DNA of 64,000 bases. It comes from an uncultured bacterium (GTDB lineage: Bacteria; Acidobacteriota; HRBIN11; JAKEFK01). The stretch covers positions 160,001 through 224,000 of the forward strand of contig CAVZQN010000003.1 in NCBI GenBank assembly GCA_963777505.1. Reading direction: 5' to 3'. Position numbers and translations under genes: made by a program. Of this stretch, positions 18,485-27,242 are shown piece by piece (position 1 is the stretch's first letter; the number at the start of each line of letters is the position of its first letter). A model generated the notes under the pieces. That model was not told the DNA's origin. It worked only from the letters and a program-made list of their open reading frames with translations, and searched no databases.

Positions 18485-19231
18485 CTATTGTGCGCCACGG
18501 CCTCTCAAAAAGCTCGCGATTTCGTGATGTCCGTTTTCAACCGCCAGACGAACTGCACTTTTTCCTTCTGAATTGGCAACATTTGGATCAGCACCAAGGT
18601 TAATTAACACCTGAACTGCATCCATATGACCATTTTTTGCAGCTTTCATTAGCGGCGTCCAGCCTTCGTTATCTCTGACATTGATATCTGCATCAACTTT
18701 CGCAAGCGATTCGATTACCTGCGAATGGCCGTTAAAGGCGGCGTTACTGATTGCAGTATTGCCATCCTGATCTTTCGCATTTACATCAGCTCCGGAACGA
18801 ATGAGCATTTGAACGATATCGGAATAACCTTGCCACGCGGCTTTATGCAATGCCGAATTGCCCGATTTTTCTCTTACATTTACATTGGCATTCGCTCGAA
18901 GCAAATCCTGGGTGATTTCTGCATATCCGGAGTTTGCGGCGCGCATTAATGGAGTCATACCTTCACCATCTTGACGATTTACATCGGCTTTTGCACGGAG
19001 CAAAGTCTCAACTACAGCGCGATTTTTGTTATAAACAGCTTTATGAAGCGGGGTAAATCCTTTTTCATCTGCCGCATTAACGTCCGCACCTTTCTTGATT
19101 AATTCATCAACCCGATTGGGTTGTCCGGACGATGCAGCGCTCAACAGCTCCTTATCTAACTGTTGATCTGCCCCATATGACGGCATTGCGAGTAAAACCA
19201 AACAAAGAGCCATGAATAGACGTGTCATCAT
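18485..19231 (-). CDS. Exported ankyrin-repeat protein
   Basis: Signal peptide (MMTRLF...SYG); ~6-7 repeats of G.TPLH.A...GADVN; GGAGG RBS before ATG 19231. Confidence 0.92.
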   Translation of the reverse strand: MMTRLFMALCLVLLAMPSYGADQQLDKELLSAASSGQPNRVDELIKKGADVNAADEKGFTPLHKAVYNKNRAVVETLLRAKADVNRQDGEGMTPLMRAANSGYAEITQDLLRANANVNVREKSGNSALHKAAWQGYSDIVQMLIRSGADVNAKDQDGNTAISNAAFNGHSQVIESLAKVDADINVRDNEGWTPLMKAAKNGHMDAVQVLINLGADPNVANSEGKSAVRLAVENGHHEIASFLRGRGAQ

Positions 19232-19335
19232 CTTTCCCTCCTGAGGGTCTGACAAGATTAATATGCGGAAATAGGAAAAAATTCAACGTACACAGAGCAT
19301 CCGCAGCGAGGAATTACATCGGTTACAATGAGCGT

Positions 19336-22300
19336 GTGCGCCCCTTTCTGGTTCTAATCATTGTTCTAATTTCATCTTTCGGCGAAGCGCTGGATCCTTC
19401 AAAAGCCGTTTCGCAATATCTTCACGATGTGTGGACAACCCTGAACGGTCTGCCTCAAAACAGCGTTCAAGCGCTTGTACAAACCCGCGATGGTTACATC
19501 TGGCTTGGCACACAGGAAGGTCTGGTTCGTTTTGATGGAGTCCGGTTCACTGTTTTTGATACGCGCAACACTCCTCAACTGAAAAATCATTACATCCTTT
19601 CACTTCTTGAAGACCGCCAGGGAAATCTCTGGATCGGTACCAGTGGAGGAGGATTAACGCGTTATAAAGATTCAAGGTTCGTTACATACACCCAACGTGA
19701 TGGGCTGACAGATTCTTACGTGCGCTGTCTGTACGAAGATCGAGCTGGATCGTTATGGATCGGAACAGATCTCGGCGGATTAAATGAATTTCGTGATGGC
19801 AAGTTCAAATCCTATTCGACGCAACACGGACTCTCTCATAATTTCGTTCGTGCAATCACAGAGGATTCGCAAGGGAACTTGTGGATTGGCACTGACGGTG
19901 GCGGACTCAATGTGTTGCGCAACGGTAAATTCACAGTATTTAACTCATCCAACGGACTTTCAAACAATTTTATCGGAGCACTTCTTGATGATGGTTCTGG
20001 CGGTCTCTGGATTGGAACTTATGGCGGCGGACTTGTGTTGTGGAAAGATGGACGCTTTCAATCCTTCACAACAAAGCAAGGTTTATCGAACGATTTTGTA
20101 CGAAGCCTTTTGAAAGATAAAAACGGCTCATTATGGATCGGAACTGAAAAAGGATTAAACCGCTATCGAGATTCGGCTTTCGAATCTTTTTCAATTGACG
20201 ACGGCCTTTCCAACCCGAACATCTGGTCGCTCTATGAAGATCAGGAAGGGAGTTTGTGGATTGGTTTGTTTGGTGGCGGATTAAGTCGATTAAAAGATGG
20301 AAAGTTTATTACGTATTCCAGAAGACAGGGCATGTCTGATGATGACATCTGGTGTATTTATGGAGATCCCGAAGGTGCGATCTGGATTGGAACAGCCGGT
20401 GGCGGGTTGAATCGTCTAAAAGATGGAAAAGTAACCCTTTATACAACCCGTGATGGACTTGCTCACGATACGGTTCGAGCAATCTGGATGGATAAGCAAG
20501 GAACGCTGTGGGCTGGAACCAGTGGCGGAGGGTTAAGCGCATTTCGTGATGGAAAATTCCGCACCTATTCAACCAGGGATGGTTTATCGAACGATTTTGT
20601 GCGCTCTATATATGAAGACTCGCGCGGAAATCTCTGGATTGGAACAAATGGTGGCGGACTCAATCGCTTTCATGATGGAAAATTCACACACTACACAACG
20701 AAAAATGGTTTTATCGGAGATTTTATTCGTTCCATTCAAGAAGATAGCAAAGGCAATCTATGGGTCAGTGTTGAAAGTGCAGGCCTGGTGCGAATTCGGA
20801 ATGGTGAAATAAAAGCATTTACGATCCGCGATGGACTCCCTGACAATCGTATCCTTGCAATTTATGAAGATCCAGAAGGCGTACTCTGGTTTGGAACTTT
20901 AAGCAGTGGACTGATTCGATATAAAGATGGAGAGTGGTTGCGATTCAGGCGCAGAGATGGACTGTTTGATGATGCCGTCTTTCAGATTCTTCCGGATTCT
21001 AACGGGCATTTATGGATGGGAAGCAATCGCGGGATATTCCGCGTGGCTGTCAACGATTTGAACGATTTCGCTCGCGGAAGAATTGATTCCATTCCTTCGC
21101 AATCCTATGGCATCGGCGATGGAATGAAAACGAATGAATGTAATGGCGGTTCTCAACCATCCGGATGGAAAGATAGGATCGGAAAACTCTGGTTCCCAAC
21201 AAATAATGGTCTCGTTGTAATCGATCCCGATAAACTTCCTGTGAATCGTTTCCTTCCTCCGGTTCAGATTGAAAAGATTACATACGATGGGGAAATCTAT
21301 AAAGAGGCTCTATCAAAAAGTGTTCGTTTCCATCCAGGGCAGGGCAAACTGGAATTTCAATATACAGGGTTGAGTTTCCTTGTTCCAGAAAAGGTGCGTT
21401 TTCAATACAAATTGGAAGGATTTGATGCGCAATGGATTGATGCTGATACCCGGAGAATCGCATTTTATACAAACATCCCGCCAGGTTCTTACAATTTCAG
21501 AGTTGTCGCCTGCAATAACGACGGAATCTGGAATGTGACAGGTGCGTCATTTGCATTTGTTCTGGAACCACACTTTTATCAGACGTCATGGTTTTATGCG
21601 CTTTGTATTGCTGGCATCATTGCGGCTGCGGCAGGAGCATATCGTTTGCGAATCGCCCAAATGCGCGCTCAATTCGCAGCGGTGTTGGAGGAACGTAATC
21701 GGATCTCACGCGAAATTCATGACACTCTTACGCAGGATTTTACGGGTGTTGTCCTGCAACTCGAAGCCGCTGAAATGACGATGCAAAATCCGTCTGAAGA
21801 AACCAAAGATCTAATCGATCGTGCACGTGAATTGGCACGGGCTGGATTAATCGAATCCAGAAGATTTGTCCGTGAACTTCGGCCTTCGCCTCTTGAAAAA
21901 GCAAACTTTCCCGAAGCTGTATTGCATGTTGCTCAACAAGCAGCAGGAAGAAGTGATTTGAATGTTGTTGTTAATGTCTCAGGAATCAGGAGACCCCTAT
22001 CGGCACAAATCGAAGATAATCTGATCAGGATTGTTCGCGAAGCCTGCAACAATGTTGTAAAACATTCTTCTGCCAAAAACTTGAAGATCCATTTGAAATA
22101 CGGAATGTTGAAATTTGATCTGGATATTCATGACGATGGACGTGGTTTTGAAATTCAGAATATTTCACCTAAAAAAGAAGGCGGGTTTGGTCTGACAAGC
22201 ATGAAGGAGCGGGCAGCAAAAATCCGCGCAAAGTTCAAAATCCTCAGCAAACCGAACGGCGGGACGCATATTCATATCTCTGTTCCAGCCTTTCTCCAGG

Positions 22301-22338
22301 GGCTGAAGTTTCATCGTCAGAGCACCCAGAAACATTAG
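19336..22338 (+). CDS. Beta-propeller (Reg_prop/Y_Y_Y) sensor histidine kinase, HisKA_3 type
   Basis: ~14 'D..G.LWIGT.GGGL' repeats, YTNIPPGSY, TM segment, ERNRISREIHDTL, REACNNVVKHS, DDGRGF, GFGLTSMKER; GTG start uncertain. Confidence 0.9.
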   Translation: MRPFLVLIIVLISSFGEALDPSKAVSQYLHDVWTTLNGLPQNSVQALVQTRDGYIWLGTQEGLVRFDGVRFTVFDTRNTPQLKNHYILSLLEDRQGNLWIGTSGGGLTRYKDSRFVTYTQRDGLTDSYVRCLYEDRAGSLWIGTDLGGLNEFRDGKFKSYSTQHGLSHNFVRAITEDSQGNLWIGTDGGGLNVLRNGKFTVFNSSNGLSNNFIGALLDDGSGGLWIGTYGGGLVLWKDGRFQSFTTKQGLSNDFVRSLLKDKNGSLWIGTEKGLNRYRDSAFESFSIDDGLSNPNIWSLYEDQEGSLWIGLFGGGLSRLKDGKFITYSRRQGMSDDDIWCIYGDPEGAIWIGTAGGGLNRLKDGKVTLYTTRDGLAHDTVRAIWMDKQGTLWAGTSGGGLSAFRDGKFRTYSTRDGLSNDFVRSIYEDSRGNLWIGTNGGGLNRFHDGKFTHYTTKNGFIGDFIRSIQEDSKGNLWVSVESAGLVRIRNGEIKAFTIRDGLPDNRILAIYEDPEGVLWFGTLSSGLIRYKDGEWLRFRRRDGLFDDAVFQILPDSNGHLWMGSNRGIFRVAVNDLNDFARGRIDSIPSQSYGIGDGMKTNECNGGSQPSGWKDRIGKLWFPTNNGLVVIDPDKLPVNRFLPPVQIEKITYDGEIYKEALSKSVRFHPGQGKLEFQYTGLSFLVPEKVRFQYKLEGFDAQWIDADTRRIAFYTNIPPGSYNFRVVACNNDGIWNVTGASFAFVLEPHFYQTSWFYALCIAGIIAAAAGAYRLRIAQMRAQFAAVLEERNRISREIHDTLTQDFTGVVLQLEAAEMTMQNPSEETKDLIDRARELARAGLIESRRFVRELRPSPLEKANFPEAVLHVAQQAAGRSDLNVVVNVSGIRRPLSAQIEDNLIRIVREACNNVVKHSSAKNLKIHLKYGMLKFDLDIHDDGRGFEIQNISPKKEGGFGLTSMKERAAKIRAKFKILSKPNGGTHIHISVPAFLQGLKFHRQSTQKH

Positions 22339-22346
22339 ATGAGAAT

Positions 22347-22373
22347 GTAGCCCCCGGCTAATGCCAGGGGCTA
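22347..22373 (+). repeat. GTAG-type REP-like hairpin
   Basis: GTAGCCCCCGGC TAAT GCCAGGGGCTA. Confidence 0.6.
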
Positions 22374-22405
22374 AAACACTAAAGTTCTTGTATAATTTAC
22401 ACATC

Positions 22406-23575
22406 ATGATTTCCAAAATTGCGATTTTTGTGTTGCTTTGTTTGCTTGTTCTTGCTCCAGCTTCTGTACCCGCTCAACAGGAATATGAAGTAGCAGTTAC
22501 CTACGTCAGTGTCTGGCTTAAGGCTGTTGATGGTGATGGAAATGCCATCGAGTCTCTAAGCATGGACGATTTTGAAGTGTATGAAGACGGAACGCCCGTT
22601 CAAATCACATGTTTTGATGAAATAAAAATTGACGAAGCGACTACAACTGCAGCTGGTTCAAAACAAATTCAAACGGATCCTGTTGCAACGGAACGCTTCG
22701 TTGTCTATCTGGATCTTCTGAATACAATGCCTCGTGAATATCAAGCAATCAAACCTGGCCTGAAACAATTTCTAGCAGACATTTCCAAAAGAAATGCAGA
22801 AGTGATGTTGGCGGGACTGATGCCCAATCAAAAACTTGGAATCATTGCTCCATTTACAAAGGACTTTAAAAGATTAAATGCATTAATCGATCAAGCACCC
22901 GCAAATGCAAAACGTGATACGGTCGAGGAAACTCGGAAGATGGAGCTTATCCGGATTATGGATAATGCCGGAGACGATGCCATTGATGGACTTCGCGACG
23001 GTTATTTAACGGCACGCCGTTTTGCAGATTCAGATCGTGCGACAAGTCAATTTACATTAAATGCATTGGAAAGTTTTGCTGCACATTTGTCTACACAGGA
23101 TTTTGGCGGACATTTGATCATGCTGTATGTGTCCGGCGGATTTTCATCCGATCCGGGCCGTCAATATTTTGAAATTGTAGATGGTCTTGCAGACGGTCAA
23201 GTGGAACAAGAAGAAATGCTGCAATTCACAATGGACCGAAATTTCAATTTCGACTTCCGTAAAGAAATGCAAAAAAGTATCGGAAAGTTGAATCGTATGA
23301 ACGTTACGATTTCAACTCTTGATACTCAGGGGTTAGGCTCCTCGCCAGAATACCGTGAATCATTACAGCAAGTTGCATATGAAACAGGCGGGATAGCAAT
23401 CAGCAATTCGCAAAATTTCCAGGCAGGATTCAAAACGATTTTAAAAGACTTCGAACATCAATACATTTTGTGTTATACACCTCCAGCAAAGAAAAAAGAG
23501 GGATATCACAAAATCAAAGTTGTATCCAAAAAGCCCAACATTAAACTTCGTTATCGCCAGGGTTACTCGGAATAG
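22406..23575 (+). CDS. Exported VWA-like protein (VWFA-related Acidobacterial type)
   Basis: Signal peptide, DFEVYEDG, VSGGF, ETGG, YILCY, YHKIKV, RYRQGY. Confidence 0.78.
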   Translation: MISKIAIFVLLCLLVLAPASVPAQQEYEVAVTYVSVWLKAVDGDGNAIESLSMDDFEVYEDGTPVQITCFDEIKIDEATTTAAGSKQIQTDPVATERFVVYLDLLNTMPREYQAIKPGLKQFLADISKRNAEVMLAGLMPNQKLGIIAPFTKDFKRLNALIDQAPANAKRDTVEETRKMELIRIMDNAGDDAIDGLRDGYLTARRFADSDRATSQFTLNALESFAAHLSTQDFGGHLIMLYVSGGFSSDPGRQYFEIVDGLADGQVEQEEMLQFTMDRNFNFDFRKEMQKSIGKLNRMNVTISTLDTQGLGSSPEYRESLQQVAYETGGIAISNSQNFQAGFKTILKDFEHQYILCYTPPAKKKEGYHKIKVVSKKPNIKLRYRQGYSE

Positions 23576-23691
23576 TCTCCCTCAAATTCCTTTCTTAACT
23601 ATCGAATTAACGATCCACTTGTACTTGGACGAAAGTCCAATTGTCATTACTGACGGGTGAATACAGAATTTGTTCATCATCCGAAAGAAGA

Positions 23692-24438
23692 ATGGAAAAC
23701 TTGGGATCGCTCGTTGCCGCTCTGGTTCTTGCGATGGTCTATGCGCTGGCAACCTTTTTCAAACAGGATGACGAAAAAAAAGGAATATGGAATCGCCGGC
23801 GTACAATTTCTGCCGCGGCTGGAGTATCAGTCGCTTACATCTTCCTTGATGTTCTACCGGAACTTGGTGCACAACACCTTAGTTTCTTGAAAGCGGCTGG
23901 AGGCGATCAACTTCCCTACGCCGAACATCGAATTTATATCCTGGCTCTGATTTCGTTCATTATCCTTTACGGACTTGAGCACATGGTTTTGAGTTCCCGG
24001 AAGCGACGTCGCGATGTTATTGAGAAAGGAGGGAGCGATGCGATTTATTGGCTCCATCTTACCGGTTTCACAGCATACAGTGCGATGATTGGCTATTTGC
24101 TGATTGAACGCGCTGAGCGTGGATCCGCAGCCCTGATTGTCTACTGTCTTGCAATGGCCATTCACTTTCTAATCGTTGATCATTCGATGCGGGAAGAGCA
24201 TGGTCCGGTGTACGATCGATCCGGCCACTGGATCCTTGCCGTTAGTGTTCTTACTGGATGGTTGATTGGAATTTCTGTCCCTCTTTCTGAATTAACATTT
24301 GCTCGCCTTTTCGCTGTGCTGGCAGGCGGTGTGGTAATCACAAGTCTCAAGTCTGAACTTCCGGACGACCGTGAAGGAAAATTCTGGCCGTTCTGCTTAG
24401 GAGCGTTTATTTACGCAATGCTTTTGATAATTGCATGA
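23692..24438 (+). CDS. Multi-pass membrane protein, ZIP-transporter-like
   Basis: ~8 TM segments, GVSVAYIFLDVLPEL, AIHF..DH, LKSELP. Confidence 0.65.
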   Translation: MENLGSLVAALVLAMVYALATFFKQDDEKKGIWNRRRTISAAAGVSVAYIFLDVLPELGAQHLSFLKAAGGDQLPYAEHRIYILALISFIILYGLEHMVLSSRKRRRDVIEKGGSDAIYWLHLTGFTAYSAMIGYLLIERAERGSAALIVYCLAMAIHFLIVDHSMREEHGPVYDRSGHWILAVSVLTGWLIGISVPLSELTFARLFAVLAGGVVITSLKSELPDDREGKFWPFCLGAFIYAMLLIIA

Positions 24439-24449
24439 ATTTACTCGCC

Positions 24450-24728
24450 TTACTTTTGTTTTTTGAGAATACGTAATGTTTCTAGATAAATACGTCGGCG
24501 TGGTCCGATCGCAACAATTTCGATTGCATCATCACCAATTCTATAGATGATGCGGAACTTGCTAACTCGGAAGCTTCGCAGCCCTGAAAGATCAAATCGG
24601 AGTTCTTTCCCTTGATCGGGATCATCAAGAATCATTCTTAAAGAGTATTTAATCTTTTTTTTAATTTGGGGATGCAAGTTACGAATTAGATCTGCAACGG
24701 AATGGGGAATTCTGAGCCTGTATTTCAT
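24450..24728 (-). CDS. Type II toxin, RelE/ParE family
   Basis: 92 aa, basic; GKEL..DLSGLRSFRV..FRIIY...IVAIGPRR. Confidence 0.88.
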   Translation of the reverse strand: MKYRLRIPHSVADLIRNLHPQIKKKIKYSLRMILDDPDQGKELRFDLSGLRSFRVSKFRIIYRIGDDAIEIVAIGPRRRIYLETLRILKKQK

Positions 24729-24746
24729 CTTGTCAGAGAACCTGAC

Positions 24747-25007
24747 TTACTTGAATAGTTCCTCAAGAGTATAGAACCGTGCTTTCCTGGATTTCAGTTC
24801 GTTCAAGCCTTTCTTGATTTCCTTCATCATGGTGTCATCCCCGCGAATTGCCATCGTTTCTTTCAGATTCTCAAACTCGTCAGGGCTAATCAAAATGGCG
24901 ACAGGCGCTCCATTCTTGGTAATCATAATTTCCTCATCAGTCGATCGGACTATTTCGACTAACGAACTGAGTTTCATTTTAACTTCCGAAACAGGTAGCG
25001 TTTTCAT
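24747..25007 (-). CDS. Type II antitoxin, Phd/YefM family
   Basis: MKTLPVSEVKMKLSSLVE...ITKNGAPVAILIS. Confidence 0.9.
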   Translation of the reverse strand: MKTLPVSEVKMKLSSLVEIVRSTDEEIMITKNGAPVAILISPDEFENLKETMAIRGDDTMMKEIKKGLNELKSRKARFYTLEELFK

Positions 25008-25030
25008 AGTTGGACTCCATTTTGGTTAAC

Positions 25031-25076
25031 CAGAATTCTGACCTATATGATAGGCTTTTGATAACAGCAACGTCAA
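25031..25076 (-). promoter_or_regulatory. sigma70-type promoter and palindromic operator of the TA operon
   Basis: Minus strand TTGACG-N18-TATCAT followed by the palindrome CAGAATTCTG (25031-25040). Confidence 0.55.
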
Positions 25077-25185
25077 ACTCAGACTGGCCTCCAACGTTCG
25101 AAACCGGATAAAGGCGTCCCATTAGCGGACACTAATTCGGCAAGGCAAATTCCTTTCCACGTCGGAAAATCAACGCATTCCCAAA

Positions 25186-25201
25186 TGGCATGCGGCGTGC
25201 A
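25186..25201 (+). promoter_or_regulatory. sigma54 -24/-12 promoter of the permease operon
   Basis: TGGCATGCGGCGTGCA, GG-N10-GC; the operon ends in a sigma54 activator. Confidence 0.75.
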
Positions 25202-25232
25202 ATAGGGTTTAGTTCTTGGAGAAAAGTGAAGC

Positions 25233-26489
25233 ATGGATATACCTCGCGGTAAAGATGTAATAAAAAAGAAAAAGGTCCGCAGAATTTTATTGACTGCTGC
25301 AGGTCTAATCATTGTTGCAGCAATCACACTTGGATTGTCACGGTTGAAACCGGCGGCACCATCCGTAGAACGTGAAACAGTTTGGATCGACACTGTAAAA
25401 CGGGGTTCGATGCTTCGCCAGGTTCGCGGTACTGGAACACTTGTTCCGGAACAATTCCAATGGATTCCAGCAACTTCGAATGGCCGTGTCGAACAAATTT
25501 ATATGCGTCCCGGTAAACAGGTAGAAGCCGATACCGTCATCATGCTTTTGGGCAATCAAGAATTGGCGCAAGAAACTCAGGATGCGGAATTGAAAGTACG
25601 TGCCGCGGAAGCAGAATTAATAAACCAAAAAGCGAAACTTGAAACATTAAAAATGGATCAAGAAGCGGCTGCTGCAAAAGTGAAAGCTGATTATCTTGAA
25701 GCACAATTGAGAGCGGAAGCTGATGAAGTTTTAGCGCGTGATGGCCTTGTGGCAGACATTACGTTGAAAGTTTCGAAAGCAAAAGCTGAACAACTTGCAA
25801 CTGTGTATGGAATTGAAAAGAAAAGATTGTCAGTAAATGCCGAATCGATGGAAGCACAATTAAATGCAGAAGCAGCGCGTCTAGATCAAGTTCGTGCGCT
25901 GTATCAATTGAAGCGACAACAGATGGATCAACTTAAAGTAAAAGCAGGCTCAAAAGGAGTATTGCAGCAACTTCTTGTTGAAGCCGGACAGCGCATACTG
26001 GCTGGTGCAACTCTCGCCAAAGTTGCACAACCCGAACATTTAAAAGCGGAATTAAGAATTGCAGAAACGCAGGCGAAAGACATTCTAATCGGACAAATCG
26101 CATCGATTGATACACGTAATGGCGTGATCGCGGGAAGCGTTTCTCGAATCGATCCTGCCGTTCAAAATGGAACCGTTACTGTAGATGTCAGCCTTGAAGG
26201 TACGCTACCAAAAGGTGCACGTCCCGATCTTACAGTTGATGGCACGATCGAACTTGAACGCCTGACAGACGTCTTATATGTTGGACGTCCTGCATCAGGT
26301 CAAGAACACACAAAAGTTGGCTTGTTTAAACTTTCGACGGATGGAAAAACTGCATCACGAACGACAGTTGAATTAGGACGAAGCTCTGTTAACACGATTG
26401 AAGTTATGGGGGGCCTCCAGGCAGGAGATCAAGTTGTTCTTTCAGACATGGCAGCCTGGGATTCCTTCGACAATATTCGATTGAATTAA
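25233..26489 (+). CDS. Periplasmic adaptor / membrane-fusion protein (MacA/HlyD-like)
   Basis: N-terminal TM anchor, VRGTGTLVP, long coiled coil, GSVSRIDPAV, GLQAGDQV. Confidence 0.9.
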   Translation: MDIPRGKDVIKKKKVRRILLTAAGLIIVAAITLGLSRLKPAAPSVERETVWIDTVKRGSMLRQVRGTGTLVPEQFQWIPATSNGRVEQIYMRPGKQVEADTVIMLLGNQELAQETQDAELKVRAAEAELINQKAKLETLKMDQEAAAAKVKADYLEAQLRAEADEVLARDGLVADITLKVSKAKAEQLATVYGIEKKRLSVNAESMEAQLNAEAARLDQVRALYQLKRQQMDQLKVKAGSKGVLQQLLVEAGQRILAGATLAKVAQPEHLKAELRIAETQAKDILIGQIASIDTRNGVIAGSVSRIDPAVQNGTVTVDVSLEGTLPKGARPDLTVDGTIELERLTDVLYVGRPASGQEHTKVGLFKLSTDGKTASRTTVELGRSSVNTIEVMGGLQAGDQVVLSDMAAWDSFDNIRLN

Positions 26490-26510
26490 ATCACTTGAGA
26501 GGAGTATGAA

Positions 26511-27212
26511 ATGGACCAGTCTGATCAAAATCTGATTATCCTGGATGGAATCACAAAAGTTTTTGTAACCGATGAAGTAGAGACACATGCCCTTTCGGGT
26601 ATCAATCTCGAAATTAAGAAAGGGCAGTATATTTCAATAGCCGGTCCATCAGGCTGCGGAAAATCCACACTGCTATCAATTCTTGGACTTCTCGACACTC
26701 CATCCGATGGAACGTATCGCTTAAACCAAAATTCTGTTGATAAACTCACACCTTCCGATCGCGCTAGAGTACGCAATCGTGAAATTGGTTTTATCTTCCA
26801 GGCGTTCAACCTGATCGGTGATTTGACCGTGTATGAAAACGTTGAACTGCCTCTTACATATCGTGGCTTGTCTTCTTCACAACGAAAGGAGATGGTGACA
26901 GCTGCACTTGAAAAAGTAGGGATGTCCCATCGCACAAAACATTATCCTTCTCAGCTATCCGGTGGTCAGCAGCAGCGTGTTGCGGTTGCAAGAGCGCTTG
27001 CTGGAAAACCTTCTATCCTTCTGGCCGATGAACCTACAGGAAACCTGGATTCCAAAAATGGTGAAGCTGTTATGGATTTGCTTCGCGATCTTCATCGGGG
27101 TGGTGCCACGATTTGCATGGTGACTCATGATCCCCGTTTTGCAAGATATGCTGAAAGAACAATTCATCTTTTCGATGGAAGAGTAGTAGAAGAAACTGCT
27201 GAAGCAGTTTAA
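26511..27212 (+). CDS. ABC ATPase (MacB/LolD-like)
   Basis: GPSGCGKS, LSGGQQQR, LADEPTGNLD, VTH. Confidence 0.95.
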   Translation: MDQSDQNLIILDGITKVFVTDEVETHALSGINLEIKKGQYISIAGPSGCGKSTLLSILGLLDTPSDGTYRLNQNSVDKLTPSDRARVRNREIGFIFQAFNLIGDLTVYENVELPLTYRGLSSSQRKEMVTAALEKVGMSHRTKHYPSQLSGGQQQRVAVARALAGKPSILLADEPTGNLDSKNGEAVMDLLRDLHRGGATICMVTHDPRFARYAERTIHLFDGRVVEETAEAV

Positions 27213-27242
27213 ACCCCGCCATTCCGGCGGGAAAGGGAATCT

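Noticed and set aside
19500-21100. DNA-level repetition in the sensor kinase (likewise ankyrin and TPR genes)
   Set aside because: Fully explained by protein repeat domains.
22311-22333. Possible decayed element arm at the kinase 3' end (FHRQSTQKH*)
   Set aside because: Too degenerate to distinguish from chance.
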